64,000 nucleotides of DNA from Rhynchobatus australiae (taxonomy: Eukaryota). Under the pieces are notes generated by a model. That model searched no databases and had not been told where the DNA came from. It saw only the letters and a program-made list of their open reading frames with translations. Positions 12,791 to 25,900 of this stretch are shown here, one piece after another. Position 1 is the first letter of the stretch, and each line of letters starts with the position of its first letter. The position numbers and the translations under genes are program-made. The stretch spans positions 28,392,326-28,456,325 of the forward strand of contig JAUZTB010000063.1 in NCBI GenBank assembly GCA_034780895.1, in the 5' to 3' direction.

Positions 12791-14469
12791 GCGTCACTGC
12801 AATCAGTTACTTGTTAAGCACTTAAGTTTGTAAAGCATAACATCATTCTTGACTATACCACACATTTCTTAAGTTCTTGATTTATTTGATTGTGAATTGT
12901 GGGTTCTTCAAGTCTCCTAACAAATGATGTTAGGCAAACTCGTGTATAAAACACTCAGTTTATCCTCTCTCCATTCTCGAATGGTCAAATTCTAATGTTT
13001 TTCTCTTTTNNNNNNNNNNNNNNNNNNNNNNNNNNNNNNNNNNNNNNNNNNNNNNNNNNNNNNNNNNNNNNNNNNNNNNNNNNNNNNNNNNNNNNNNNNN
13101 NNNNNNNNNNNNNNNNNNNNNNNNNNNNNNNNNNNNNNNNNNNNNNNNNNNNNNNNNNNNNNNNNNNNNNNNNNNNNNNNNNNNNNNNNNNNNNNNNNNN
13201 NNNNNNNNNNNNNNNNNNNNNNTTTGCTATGCCACTTGCGCTGCAGGATGCACTTGCACTGCACTGGTAAACCTCCCCATGGAGTTCACCAGAGCAGTGT
13301 GAACTTCCTCAGACTCCCCAACTCCCAGGCTGGGAAATCTGCCCATTCACCGTGGTGCAAACACAACAGCCCTATTGAAATCAATGGGATGATGCAGCTG
13401 CTTGGAGAAAAGTAAGCATATCTTTTTAATTTGGTTTAATTTAGTTAGATTAAATGCATAATTCTTTTTACATTTGCGTGAGTATATTTTTAGTTTCTTA
13501 AATTTCAAATTTTTATTTTGCCCAATTCTAATAGAGCATCCCATAGTGAATAACACTGTTACATGCAATGAGGAAAATATATCATTGGCACCAGTGAGAT
13601 TCTGGGATTGCCTGGTCAAACTTCCAGATTGCTCCAGTGCAACCTGGAAAATACTGCAAGCACATCATTTTTGGAAATATAGCTCTTCCAAAAAAAACAG
13701 GCACTGTGTGTCCAAATTTCAAGGCTGACAGCCTTCTACTTGTAATAAATTATAACTAACTGGAAGGACTTCTTGGACGAAGTACCAGGCTTTGTGGCCA
13801 AGATAGGTAATTAAAATTTAATGCTTTTACTTTTGATTTTGTAGAGTTAGTTTTGGAAGGGAATGGTGTGAACACANNNNNNNNNNNNNNNNNNNNNNNN
13901 NNNNNNNNNNNNNNNNNNNNNNNNNNNNNNNNNNNNNNNNNNNNNNNNNNNNNNNNNNNNNNNNNNNNNNNNNNNNNNNNNNNNNNNNNNNNNNNNNNNN
14001 NNNNNNNNNNGTCGTGCCATTATTTCTTATATGCAAGAGATACAAATTTTTTTTTGCTGCTGATGAGTGACACCTTCAAAAGTTCAATGCTTCAGGTATT
14101 TTCTGGATGTGAGATTTATGGATATCTGAGCCAGCAGATACAGGTTTGAGCCCTCAGCTGTAATGAAGCTGCTCCTGCCGATGAGGTGCACCTGTATGAG
14201 AGTAAATCAGCACCGACCTGAAGCAGAGAGAAATTTGCTTGGGTGGAATGAATTTAAATGGCCCTTTTAATGATCATACAATGGTTTGGTTTCACAGTGT
14301 TGAGATGGTGGGCAGTTTTAGAAATAGATGGATTAAATGCAACAACGAGAAATTGCATTGAAGCATTTTATTTTCCCATTGTATCCAGTTGATGTGTGTG
14401 ATCACTTTGTGACTTTCTTCATGCTTAATTATCCCAATTAAAAGCTGTCTTCTCTAGATTCCAGCCTCA

Positions 14470-15225
14470 CCTGGAATCTGAGGGTGTCACATATTGCATC
14501 CGGTGCTCCTGGTGCAGCCTCCTTTACATCGGTGAGACCCGACGCAGGTTGGGTGACCTCTTCGTCGAGCACTTTCGCTCTGCCGCAACAGCCAAGACTT
14601 CCCAGTGGCCACCCACTTCAATTCCACTTCCCACTCCCATACTGACATGTCTATCCACGNNNNNNNNNNNNNNNNNNNNNNNNNNNNNNNNNNNNNNNNN
14701 NNNNNNNNNAACAAATTCTGTCTTGGTAGTCTCCAACCTGCCCCGGCATCAACATCGATTTCTCTAACTTCCGGTAACTGCTCCCTTCTGTTTACCCTTC
14801 TCCCCCCCTCCTTTGTGTTCCTTCATTCCTGTGGCCCCCTTCCCCCATCCTCACCACCTGCCCATCACCTCCCTGTGGTTCGCCACCTCCTTCCCATTAT
14901 TCCATGGTTTGCTGTCCTCTCCTATTGGATTCCTCCTCCTTCAGCCCTTTGCCTCTTCCACCTATCACCTCCCAGCTTCACATACCATTCCTTTTCATTC
15001 CCCCCTGCCCCACCCACCTACCTACCTTCCTCCTCTCACCTGGACTCACCTATCACCTGTCAGCTTGTGCTCCTCCCCCCTTCCCCTACCCTTTTATTCT
15101 GGCTTCTGCCCTCTTCCTTTCCAGTCCTGATAAAGGATCTCAACCCGAAATGTTGACTGTTTATTTCCTTCCGTGGATGCTGCCTGACCTGCTGAATTCC
15201 TCCAGCATTGTGTGTGTGTGTGTGG
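14470..15225 (+). mobile_element. Penelope-like element 3' part: GIY-YIG endonuclease fragment, pyrimidine-rich 3' region and pseudo-LTR with a decayed hammerhead motif
   Basis: tacatcggtgagacccgacgcaggttgggtgacctcttcgtcgagcactttcgctct translates to YIGETRRRLGDLFVEHFRS, followed by VATHFNSTSHSHTDMS and FCLGSLQP. The motif cagtcCTGATAA..cccGAAAtgttgactg lies at 15122-15158. Confidence 0.88.
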
Positions 15226-15801
15226 TCAAAAGATTCTGTTGAGTTGGTATTGAAGCTTTTAAAGATGGTGTCAACTTTTTAGGCAAAATATTTATTTTAT
15301 TTCATTGAAACATATAACATTCTAGATGCTGAAAGCCCTGAGAGTCTGGAACTTGAAACTGTTGTTTCAGAATATGTTTGGACACTTTGAGTCTGAGGCC
15401 AGGAGGGATTTCTTTAATGGTTCTACATCAAAGGCTGTAGATGCCCAGTCTTGGGCTCTTTTTCTGCAGAGATGGATAGAATCAAGGGAAATAAGAATTA
15501 GGTGAGACAGTGGTATAGGGAAAGATGTCAAATGGCAGAGTGGGTTGGGTGATGTGATCTGTTTCTTCCACTATATTTTGAGCTTTGTTGCTCTGTTATC
15601 ATTGATTTCAATTGGATTCCTTATTTTCAATTTACTCTCTTAATTTTTTTTGCCTTTCTCAATGTAATCTCCTCAATTTTCACCAGCCCTATAACATCTT
15701 GNNNNNNNNNNNNNNNNNNNNNNNNNNNNNNNNNNNNNNNNNNNNNNNNNNNNNNNNNNNNNNNNNNNNNNNNNNNNNNNNNNNNNNNNNNNNNNNNNNN
15801 N

Positions 15802-15942
15802 GGTTAGGAAGTTGTGGGCGTGCTATGTTGGTGCCGGAAGCGTGGCGACACTTGCGGGCTGCCCCCAGAACACTCTGCACAAAAGATGCATTTCACTGTG
15901 TGTTTCGATGTACATGTGACCAATAAAGAAATCTTATCTTAT
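15802..15942 (+). mobile_element. 3' portion of a SINE/non-autonomous retroelement; 5' part lost in a gap
   Basis: CpG-rich, young-looking segment ending in tgtacatgtgaccaataaagaaatcttatctta, a LINE-type tail with a simple-repeat end. Confidence 0.55.
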
Positions 15943-16149
15943 TTTTTATGGACGGGTTTACTTGGTAATTGCGACATATTTCTTGGCTAAAAGTTTTAAA
16001 CCTAGTACCTTTTCATTCAGAGTAAACATTGACAACCTGGTTGTGTGTGTGCAACTCTGTTAACTTCAGAATGTGAAAGGACTACAACAGCAACAGGTTT
16101 AAGGCAGTGATAAGTTAAGTCCTGGGCTGCTCATTATTTTTCTTTTAGA

Positions 16150-16400
16150 GTTGTACGGTGCAAGGAGGGGCCATTTGAAGAGTGTCCAATGAGACCCACT
16201 CCCGGCTCTTTCCCTGTTCCTTGCTGATTTCTCCTGTTCAGCATGAACCCAATTCTCTTGCAAAAGTAACTGTTGAATCTGCTTCTACTATCTTATCAGG
16301 TGATGTATTCCAGGTCAAAGCAACCAGCTGCATCACTTTGATTGTGGTCCTGTTATCATTACTTTAACTTTCTGTCTTGACCAACCCCCTTTCCAGTGGA
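16150..16400 (-). mobile_element. Decayed CR1 3' end
   Basis: Antisense CR1 blocks: ggggccatttg..aattctcttg..ttgaatctgcttctacta..tcaggtgatgtattccaggtc. Confidence 0.45.
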
Positions 16401-17362
16401 AAAGGAACTAAGTTCAGTACCAGAACAAGCGATGGGGAGGGGATCACTTCTGTCAAATTCCCTAAAGTTGGCCGTGCGATCTAATTTCCTGGCCACTTTC
16501 TTCATTTTCTCCAAGCTTCTTACTTCATTCTTTCGTTACTCCAACTGTCCTCTCTTCAAGTTCTAAAGAGATTCTCTCATTCTCAGAGTGTGCCATTGCC
16601 AATTGAAGTTGGAACCAGGCCACGGATACGAAAGCCGATGCATTCTTGGCCAGTAGTTTGGTGGTCTGTGTGCCCCCTTCTGAGCAAAGACTGAGCCTTT
16701 CCTTCATTGTCTCTAGCTCTGAATTCTGGAACTCTCCTGAGACACCTCAGCTTTCTACCCTTTTATTCATAACCTATTTCTTCTGCCAATCATTCAGGTA
16801 CCCCTTCGAATTTCTTCACCACGTCTAATTTGGTGTATTCTAAGATCCTTGAACAAGCTTTTCAAATGTTAAATATAAATCAATTAGTTATTCAAATTGA
16901 ACATAACACAGGTCCACATAAGTGCTCTCATGCCATGAACATTTAACCAAATCTTGATAATGACTGCTTGTCCTGTAAAGGGATGTAACTTGCCTACCTT
17001 TCAAGACCAGTTACTGACTTGAATGATCAGCATCAATGTTGTTGTTGCTGTTGTGCAGAATAGACATAAACTTTGTGGTGATCAGACCAAAAGACTGGCC
17101 GTGCTATTTTACACCAGTGTAATTGAACTACATTACAGTTAGATAAGCTCGAGCATTTGTTATAAAGTGTATTTTTGTTCTTGGCCACTTATCCTCGGGA
17201 GAATGATAAACTAAATTAAGATCAATTTAATTTAAGTTAAAACTGTAACCTCAGGTTTCCGATTGCCTCAAGTTTTCACCTTAGTCGTATCATTTGATCA
17301 CATTTATTTCAAAAGAAGATTTATTCTAAAAACCTGGATTTGCAACCTTCAGAAAATGTGAG

Positions 17363-17615
17363 CATAGAACATAGAACAGGACAGCACAGGAACAGGACCT
17401 TCAGCTCTCAATGTCTGCACTGAATACGGTGCCAAATTAAACTAAATCTCTTCTGCCTGTATATGATCCATATCCTTCCATTCCCTGTGTATTCATGTGT
17501 GTCTCTAACAGCCTTTTAAATGCCACTATTGTATCTGCTTCCATCAGTATCCTTGACAGCCTGTTCTAAGCACTTACCACTCCCTGCATTTAAAAAAAAA
17601 CTTGCACCACACCTC
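17363..17615 (-). mobile_element. CR1/HER1 LINE 3' end
   Basis: Starts with the (catagaa)n tail and acagcacaggaacagg..ttcagc, followed by antisense ORF2 end (ttaaatgccactattgtatctgcttcca). Confidence 0.8.
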
Positions 17616-17891
17616 TCTGTAATAGCTGTGCTGAGGTTATCCCTTTCAAAAGTACCTTGGAATTTGATCATTTTCTGCTTGCTATTAGATTAATACCAGT
17701 AAGCATTGCTCTGCATCCTGGTTGATTGATCATTTCTAATATGGCCTTTTATTGATTCAGAGACATATTATTACTGAAATTATGCTGAACACATGTAATA
17801 AATTCACTGCCTTTCTGGGCTGAGACAATTAGCTTAACCCCAGCAACATAAGAGTTTAAGAGTGTCGATTAAAACCACGTTGCTTTAGCTA

Positions 17892-18472
17892 CGTAAGAAA
17901 CAGGAGCAGGAGGAGGCCATCTGGTCTGTCGAGCCTGCTCTGCCACTCAATCAGATCAGGGCTGATCTGACTGTGGACTCGGGTCCACCTACCTGCCTTT
18001 TCCCCATAACCCTCAATTCCCCTACTATGCAAAAATCTATCTAACTGTGTCTTAAATGTATTTAATGAGCTGGCCTCCACTGTTTCCTTAGGCAGAGAAT
18101 TCCACAGATTCACTGCTTGCTGGGAAAAGCAGTTTTTCCTCATCTCCATCTTCCCTCAACATTGAGGTTATGTCCCCTAGTCCTAGTCTCACCTACCAGG
18201 GGAAACAATGTTCCTATCTCCATTTCATCAATCCCTTTCATAATTTTATACATTTCTATAAGATCCCCTCCCATTCTTCTGAATTCCAGCAACTATAGTT
18301 CCAGGTGACTCAATTGTTCCTCATAGGCTAACCCCCTCACCTCCAGAATCAACCTGGTGAACCTCCTCTGCATCGCCTCCAAAGCCAGTAACATCTTTCC
18401 TGAAGTAAGAAGACCAGTACTTACATGCAGTACCCCAAGTGCGGCCTCACCAGTACCCTGTACAGTTGCATA
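17892..18472 (-). mobile_element. CR1 LINE 3' ~580 bp
   Basis: Minus-strand ORFs LALEAMQRRFTRLILEVRGLAYEEQLSHLEL and EMRKNCFSQQAVNLWNSLPKETVEASSLNTFKTQLDRFL, plus the CR1 3' UTR. Confidence 0.92.
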
Positions 18473-19794
18473 CATGTTAAATCTCTAATATCAGGTTAAG
18501 AATCATACTTTTCCTTTTGTTAATGGTTATTTCTGTCCTTAAATTCCTATTATTGTTGGGGAAATGAACTTTTTTGGTTTGTGCCATTATTTTTTGAATA
18601 ACTATCAGGAAGTATGGAAAGATTTCACCTGTGGTATACCCATGAATGAGCACTTGTAAGAATATGCATGTTTTTAGGATCTCCTTCGGGAAGCCCACTT
18701 AAGTTGAACTTCCTACTGGATGTTGTTAGAGGAAGGACATTGACTATTTATCGTGAAGCCAGGTACATACCTGTGGGAAGAGAAGTTAAAGGATAGATCC
18801 ATAGGTTGGAATGAAACTTAAACATACCCAGTTAAAAAGGACTAAATGGTCAACTCCTCTTTCATTTTCATAAATTGCTAACATCAGCTTGGACCATTTG
18901 AGTTGATGGCCTATTTTTGTGCTGTTTATTGTGGGAGCTAACTCAGCAACTCATATGTCTGGTTCTTTTCCATTTCAATTTGTATTTCCTCCTGACAATC
19001 AAATGATCAAGTATTCCTTGATTATTTACCAACTGAAAGGAAGCAGCTTGGATAAATACAGTCATGCATACTGCATTTTAAATACAACAAGAATGCACAG
19101 AACAGTGATTCAATCAGAGTAGGCATTTTCCAGTTCTGAACAAGGATTACATACATTTACTAAAGTAGCCACTAAAAGTAAGGGCTTAACTACAGTTTCT
19201 TAAAGAAATGCTTCGGTGCAAGACTTATAAGCAAAAACCCAAATTTCTGCAAGTACACAGCTAATCAATCAGCATTTGAAACAGAAATGGAAGTGATTGT
19301 ATTTTGCAGATTTTTAAAAAATGTCGAGCACCTCTGACGGAAGCTTGAGTCAGTCAAATAAATAATGCATTAGATTTCAGCCAACCACTTTTTGGCACAC
19401 TAGGGTGATGTATTTTGACATATCCAGAAGGGAATTTTGCAATAAACGTGGATTTGGTGGTGATAATTTATTCATTGTTTCCTGGTGCAATGTTCTCTGT
19501 CAAATGCAAGGCATTGAGATTCCTACAGTACTTGTGTTGCTCAGCATTACATATGAGGCATTAAATGAGTTCTTTTTCTCTCTTATTTATGTAATTCCTT
19601 TTTAGGATCTGATATGACAGCACTTATAATCTCAACACAGAAACTTATTTCAAAAAAAACTTGAAAGAAAAATATAAACTCCAATGATTCTGCAAAAATT
19701 AACTTCTGTTATCTCTGTTTAATAATTTAAAGACAAATACTATTTTCTGCTTCTGGTGCTTTTGAGCTATCATCCAGCTTAATTTTGAAAAGCA

Positions 19795-20015
19795 AAAGCA
19801 CTGCAGATGCTGGAAATCTGAAATAAAAATAGAAAATGCTGTGGATACGCAGTAGGCTATGCAGCATCTGTGGAGAGTGAAACAGAGTTAACATTTCAGT
19901 CAATAACCTGAATGTTCAGATGAAAAGGCAGTGAAACGTTAACTCTGTTGATCCCTCCTGAGATGCAGCTCAAACAGCAGAGTGTCCCCTGCGTTTTTTG
20001 TTTTTTTTAATTTCT
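19795..20015. mobile_element. Fold-back element made of two inverted Penelope pseudo-LTR segments
   Basis: The left arm (..gcagcatctgtggagagtgaaacagagttaacatttca) is inverted relative to the right arm (tgaaacgttaactctgtt..gagatgcagc). A decayed CAGATGA..GAAACGTT motif lies at the centre. Confidence 0.7.
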
Positions 20016-21544
20016 GTTCTTGATTCTGTCTCTGCATTTCACACTGCAAGAGCAGACCTCAATTTAATAAAGACAAATCCACTGTTAATTGAAATTGTAG
20101 TTGACTAAGTAGTAGTTGTGTTAAACTGCAGAATGTGGACAGAGTGTGGTTTTAATTATTTGACTGATGACTGTAATTTTCTGCTTTTCGGTTTAGTAAG
20201 CTGTGTCACATGTGCAAATTGGCTTCCGTGAAACAGCAGTGATTGCACCGTAGTAGTAGTTTCAAGAGCCTGTGAGATACTTCTGGATATGTTGGGGAAA
20301 AAATTGTTTTGCTTGTAATTCAGTTATGAATGAAAAGTAATTTTCAGATAATATTTTAAAAAAGATATTTCATGTATTGAGGTTTAACAAATGCTGCTGT
20401 GTCTTGACTGGAGAATTGAACTCTCTTGGTTTACTCTGAGTTTAATTTTCTGTGTGCAACATTGCATTATGAAGATATAAGAAGACCAGTCATTGACTAA
20501 TTTACAAAATTTATGTCCTTTAGAAAGGAAACCAATTATTGTGAAGTAATTTTCTCAATTTGTATGGTAATTCCAAATATCTCATCTTTTAAAATCTGTT
20601 TATTTTTCCACTACTCGTTTTGGTCTGAGCTTCATTATTGGTTTTCACATTATCTCCATTGCACAGTATACAGTCATTCTTAATTCCATGAATAGAGATT
20701 TCATTTTCTCATGGACGCTGCCTTAATTGTGAAGGAGAGTTGAGAGAAGGGCTGACCATTTAGGGGCCTATGATTCAGCAAGTTATTCTTTAACTGAGTA
20801 GACTGGTCTGTTTACATGAACAAGTTTGATTTACTCAGCCTTGAGTACTCATCTGTTCCCTCTCCTGCTCCAACTTGTAAATATTGACTAGACCTTAGCC
20901 TGAACCTAGCTGGTAACCACAAGAGCATGAAAGAGATATTGGATGTCCATTTTTGCTACAGCAAATAATAATTAATCCATCTGCAGTAGGGTAGGAGAGC
21001 TCTCCCAGTTGGAGACTGCGCAGAGCCCAGGTTAATATTAACAAGACCCTGCTCTTTCAACCACCCACTTCAGTGCAGTAACACAGATTCCATAGTATGT
21101 CCAGGTTCATGTTTAGAGAAATATCTTCGTCCATTTCATTAGCAAACAACCAGAGTCACACAAGTAAGCTTTTTGACTAGTCTGTTTCACTGACGGCAAA
21201 GTCAGGGCATGATACTCAGGCAGTACCTAATAGTGAGACAACTGATGTTTTCAGTAATTTCATACCCAACATAACAAATGCAGAGTTTGCCTCATGGAAA
21301 TGATTTTGAATGCTAAAGGTATGAGAATCCCTTGAGTTCGATCTCAGGAGAGCAGTCAGTTCCCAGGAGTTTTGTTCTGGGGTATTGGCCAACAGAAGGC
21401 TGATCAGTTTTTTGCTTCACCCAAGGACAAAATCTTCCATATGTTTTTCTCCCATTTTTTCTTATTTGGAAACAATTTGCAAAGGGAGAAGATGTCATTT
21501 TGGTGATTGTGTGTGGGCTACATGAGCTTTGGATAGTGTATATC

Positions 21545-21757
21545 GGAATCAGGTTTATCATCACTGATGTGTGGTGAAATTTGTTGTTTTGCAGCAGCAG
21601 TGCAGTGTAAGACATAAAAATTACTGCAAGTTACAAAAATAAATAAACAGTGCAAAAGGGGAACAACGAGGTCGTGTTCATGGGTTCATGAATTTGATGG
21701 TGGAGGGGAAGAAGCTGTTCCTGAAATGTTGAGTGTGGGTCTTCAGGCCCCTGTACC
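21545..21757 (-). mobile_element. Rex/Babar LINE 3' tail
   Basis: gaatcaggtttatcatcactga..gcagcagtgcagtg..aaaaataaataaa..gaagaagctgttcctgaa is nearly collinear with 44519-44750. Confidence 0.8.
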
Positions 21758-22254
21758 ACCACATCCCCGGGGTATACCCTTGGATCAGAGGCTGCAGTGC
21801 TCCTCCTGGAGAATGCTCAAGTCCCTGGTTGTATTATCAAAGAAAAAAGGGGTGGAGACCCATTAAGACTGCATTTATTTCTCATTGCAGTGGCAAAATT
21901 GCCCGATATCAGTGGGATTACACCTTCTCGAGTTGTGGGACTAGCCCTGGAATAGAAATGAGGTGGAAGGAGGTTTCCTAATCTCTTATCTTTGTCCTTT
22001 AGAAGACTGCTGAGAGCCTCATTGGGGGGGGGGGGGTGGTGGGGGAAGGTTTGGGTGAGTGATAGGGAGCGATAGACAATGACATCTTAAACATTTGCAG
22101 CTTATGCCAGTCATGCACTGACTGGAGGGACCTTGAGATTCCTGCAAACAGCTTGATGCTCGAATCCTGTCCATTTCTTTTTTTCTCCAAAACCTTTCCC
22201 CAAAGGCAACACTTGGACTTGGTTTTACTAACTCACATAATATGGACATTGTTG

Positions 22255-22985
22255 ACAAATCCACATTCATTGCTCATTCATAATGGACCTTGAGAAAGTT
22301 GTTGTATGTTGCTTCCTTAAGCCATTGCATTTTGTGTGGTGCAACAATGCTGTGAGGGAGTTCTACAATTCAGTGATATTGAAGGAACAGCAATATATTT
22401 CTAAATAATTTTGGAGTGTGATTTAGAGGCAGGCTTGCATGTGTGTCCTCCCCCTCCCTCCTAGGTTGTGGAATTTTGGGTTTTGGGATTTGCTGTCAAA
22501 AAGCCTTGACTAGTTGCTCAATTGCATCCAGTCAATAATAAACACTGCCGCCACGGTGTGCTGGTGGTCAAAAGAATGAATGCTTAAAGTGGTGAATGGA
22601 GTACCAATTAAATGAGTAGCATCATTTCCCATGGTGTTCACCTTTGAATGCCCTTGGAGTTTTACCCATTCAAACAGCTGAAGATTATTCCATCACACTC
22701 ACTTGTGCTTTGTAGGCGGTGAGAAGGGTTTCAGGACTTGGGAGGTGATTCATTCTCTATGGCATGCCAAGCCTTTGAAATACTGGTAAAGTTGCAGTAT
22801 TGAGTTTATTTGAGTTCAGTTAAGTTTCTGGTCAACGGTGATGCTCCCAGAAAGCTAATGGTGAGGAATTTGGTCGTGAAAATGACATTGAATACTATAA
22901 GGAAGTATCTAGAGTCTGTTTTGTTGTAGCTCTTCTTTGCCTTGCATATATGAAGGAGGAAGATCATTGATTAAGTAAATAAAAG
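22255..22985 (-). mobile_element. Decayed Crack/Daphne-like LINE 3' region
   Basis: Collinear with the copies at 26640-27300 and 33785-34830 (ccttgagaaag..; gtttctggtcaacggtga; ggaagatcattgat). Confidence 0.55.
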
Positions 22986-25900
22986 TAATTTTGCCTAGTA
23001 ATTTTCATAGCTGCTTCTCTCCAACTTGTTTAAAGCAAGAAACAACAGTGCTTCAAAGCATTTAAAGCAAGGTAAATGCATTGAGCTCTTTAAATTAAGT
23101 TCATCTGAGGGAGTTACATTGACTGTTCCTCTGTTGTAGGACCCCTTATCTTCAAAATTATCATTTAATGTAGTGTAAAAATTGACCTGGTTGTCTTGAA
23201 GAACCAGTTGAGATAACTGACTGCAACATTACTAACAATTTAAGTTTGGATCCTAATGATAATAAAGTTGACATGCCAAGATGCGATGATACTGGGTGCA
23301 TCATCTGAATCGGTGTGAGGTGTGCATCTTCTCTGGCTTGTGTGGTGTTGGGACCATGCAGACCTTCCAGGCTCATGTGGATTTTCTGTGTGGTGTTTGT
23401 GCTGTGCCATATATGTCAACTCTTGAAAGCAGATCACTGATTGAATGGGTCATATAGATGCCAGTATCAATATGGACAAAAAATACATTATGTCTCTGAG
23501 CTTGATAAAGTGTGACATCAGGCTGTGTCCCATGTTTTAGCTTGTAAATTGATCAGGTGCATTCAATGCTGAACAGAGTTTGAGTGTCTGTGATTTCAGA
23601 CTGCCTCTGGCACATTTTGCAATACTATTTCAGTGTATCAGTAACTTTCCATTTGTGAAGTTTTCATTGTGTTTTAAAACAAATTAAAATACTTTTGACT
23701 AATGACATGTATATTTTTATATTGCTTCTGAATTTTGTGACAAATATTTGCAGCAATTTTTATAAATAAGTGCATTTTTACATTCATGCATTGACCTTCA
23801 ATGTTGAAATGTCTTGACATTGAGATCATGGAAACTGAGATGTTTCTTGATTTCAGTTAATGCCAATTCAATTATTACATGCCCTGTGAATAAATTGATT
23901 GCAATATTGCTAAAGGCTTCTCCCTTGTTCATTTCACCATGTGATATAGTTTAAATGAATTTTCATGGTAAATGGAAGTTGTGATCGCATTGCTGTTGAA
24001 GTATGTGATAGGCTTCTGCAGTCAGTGTTTTTTCTGATTGTGGAAATCGATCTTCCAAATGAACAGGTGAGAAATCTATACATGTGCTTTCTCCCTCCCC
24101 GTGGGGATGCATCCCATTTATTAAAGAACAGAGAACTTTAGTGTAAGTTCAGTTACAGGGAAGGGGGTGTTGTGATAGAAGGACTTCCATGTCTGAACAG
24201 GAAGACTTATGAAGTTTGTAGCCTATCAGTTCAGGGCACTGTTCCATGTCCCATGAAGTCCCTTTTGAGCTTAAAATATCACCCAATGTTGTTGAAAGGA
24301 TCCATTCTTTTTGACATGCTGAACCCTCCAGGTTTCCAGGTGAGCTAGACAGGCTAGTCAGTCATCGACGTTGACCTGCAGGCTATCTGACTGAGATATT
24401 NNNNNNNNNNNNNNNNNNNNNNNNNNNNNNNNNNNNNNNNNNNNNNNNNNNNNNNNNNNNNNTCTTGGAACCACTTCTCCCTCAATGAAAATTTAAATAC
24501 TTTTCTGCATTCCTTGGAATGTACGGCAGTTGTTTTCGAAAAATAAACTGAAATGAGTTAGCAATTGTTCTGCAGAGAAACATGGATGTAATGCAATTAT
24601 TAATAATCATCATTTTTGTTATGGTATTTTAAGCAGTATAACATCCTGAAGGCTTATGGTAACCAAAGAGGTAAATAATTTTTCAATGGGAAATTACAGT
24701 TTTTTTTCCACTGGGGTGCTGAATTTCAAGATTCCACCCACTTTTTCATGAAAATCTTTCAGTATGCGATAAATAGTACTGCAAGATTGAAATAATATAA
24801 TGAATGTTGTTTGTAGTGCTCGGAGATTTATCTTTGGTGCAGGTTGTGGAGGATTGCTAAAATTTACTTTTACGTTGAGCCCTGACTGTGAAGGCAGCAG
24901 TTTTTAATAACCAACATTTTGTTCCAAAATGTAGGAAGTACACTTCAGATAAACCCTCTAATTACAATGTTGAACCTGTCAAGTGGCCCCAAAGTGTGGA
25001 TTTCAAACATAGAGTTAAATGTGGAATTAGCACCATTGGTATACTGCAGTCTGAGTGTGACATGCAGTCAATTTTCCACATTGGTGCAATGATTACTTCT
25101 GCTGTCTCTCTACTGACAAGTAATGTAGAACTCACTGCAGTAACCAATTACAAGCAGAAGTAACGTAATGAATTTCTGTGGAAAAGGAGACTCTGATGAT
25201 GCAGCAAATTGTGCAGATCAAATGGTTGCAGTGTTCTATTTTGATGACACTTTTGCATATTAATTATTTTAAGTATTTTAACTATTTTCTTCCGAAACAT
25301 GCTTTCTGATTAAATCTAAATTTCCAAAGCATTCTGATTAGCAATAGTTGAATTTACCAAAAAAAATTGTTTGGGAAACAGCGATAATCAAAAGGCTTGT
25401 GCAAAAGCATTGTCCATTGACACCCTGGGATTTTAAATTGCTTTTGTCCACATAATTCATTTTCTTGCATTGAATTTTGCATGTTATTTGACCATTGCCT
25501 AGCCAAATCAAATCAATCCCAATGCCTTTGTGCCCACTGGGGCACTTAGGATGCTGCAACAACTGGCCTCCTCTCCATTTCAAGCTTGGCTTGTGTTGTT
25601 GACTTAAATATTTCTACAAAGTTCTATAACAATCAATTGTTACTATCTAATATTTACACAGATAAATGATCTGAGAAAATTAAAAGCACAATTTGAATTT
25701 AGCTTTGACAAAAATTAATTCTGGTTTTATTTAGTGAATGCCTTCATTTTATATTGAAATAGGTGAGCACTGGAACAGCACAAGAGTGAAGTAGACATAC
25801 CCAGTTCTTAACACTAATTATAATGCTAGTTGGAATAGTTTTACTTTATTTCAATATTTCTTTCTAGTGCCTGATTCCAGTTGTGTTGGGTAGAATTAGT

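Noticed and set aside
14398-14420. gatcactttgtgact resembles the antisense of miR-153
   Set aside because: The match is partial with an indel, the seed end diverges, and there is no precursor hairpin.
14605-15242. Overlapping Pro/Ser/Leu-rich ORFs of 105-183 aa
   Set aside because: They arise from the stop-poor, pyrimidine-rich 3' region of the Penelope-like element.
21000-21170. Possible exon ending at AA|GTAAGC
   Set aside because: All three frames have stops within ~90 nt upstream of the donor, and the acceptor is weak.
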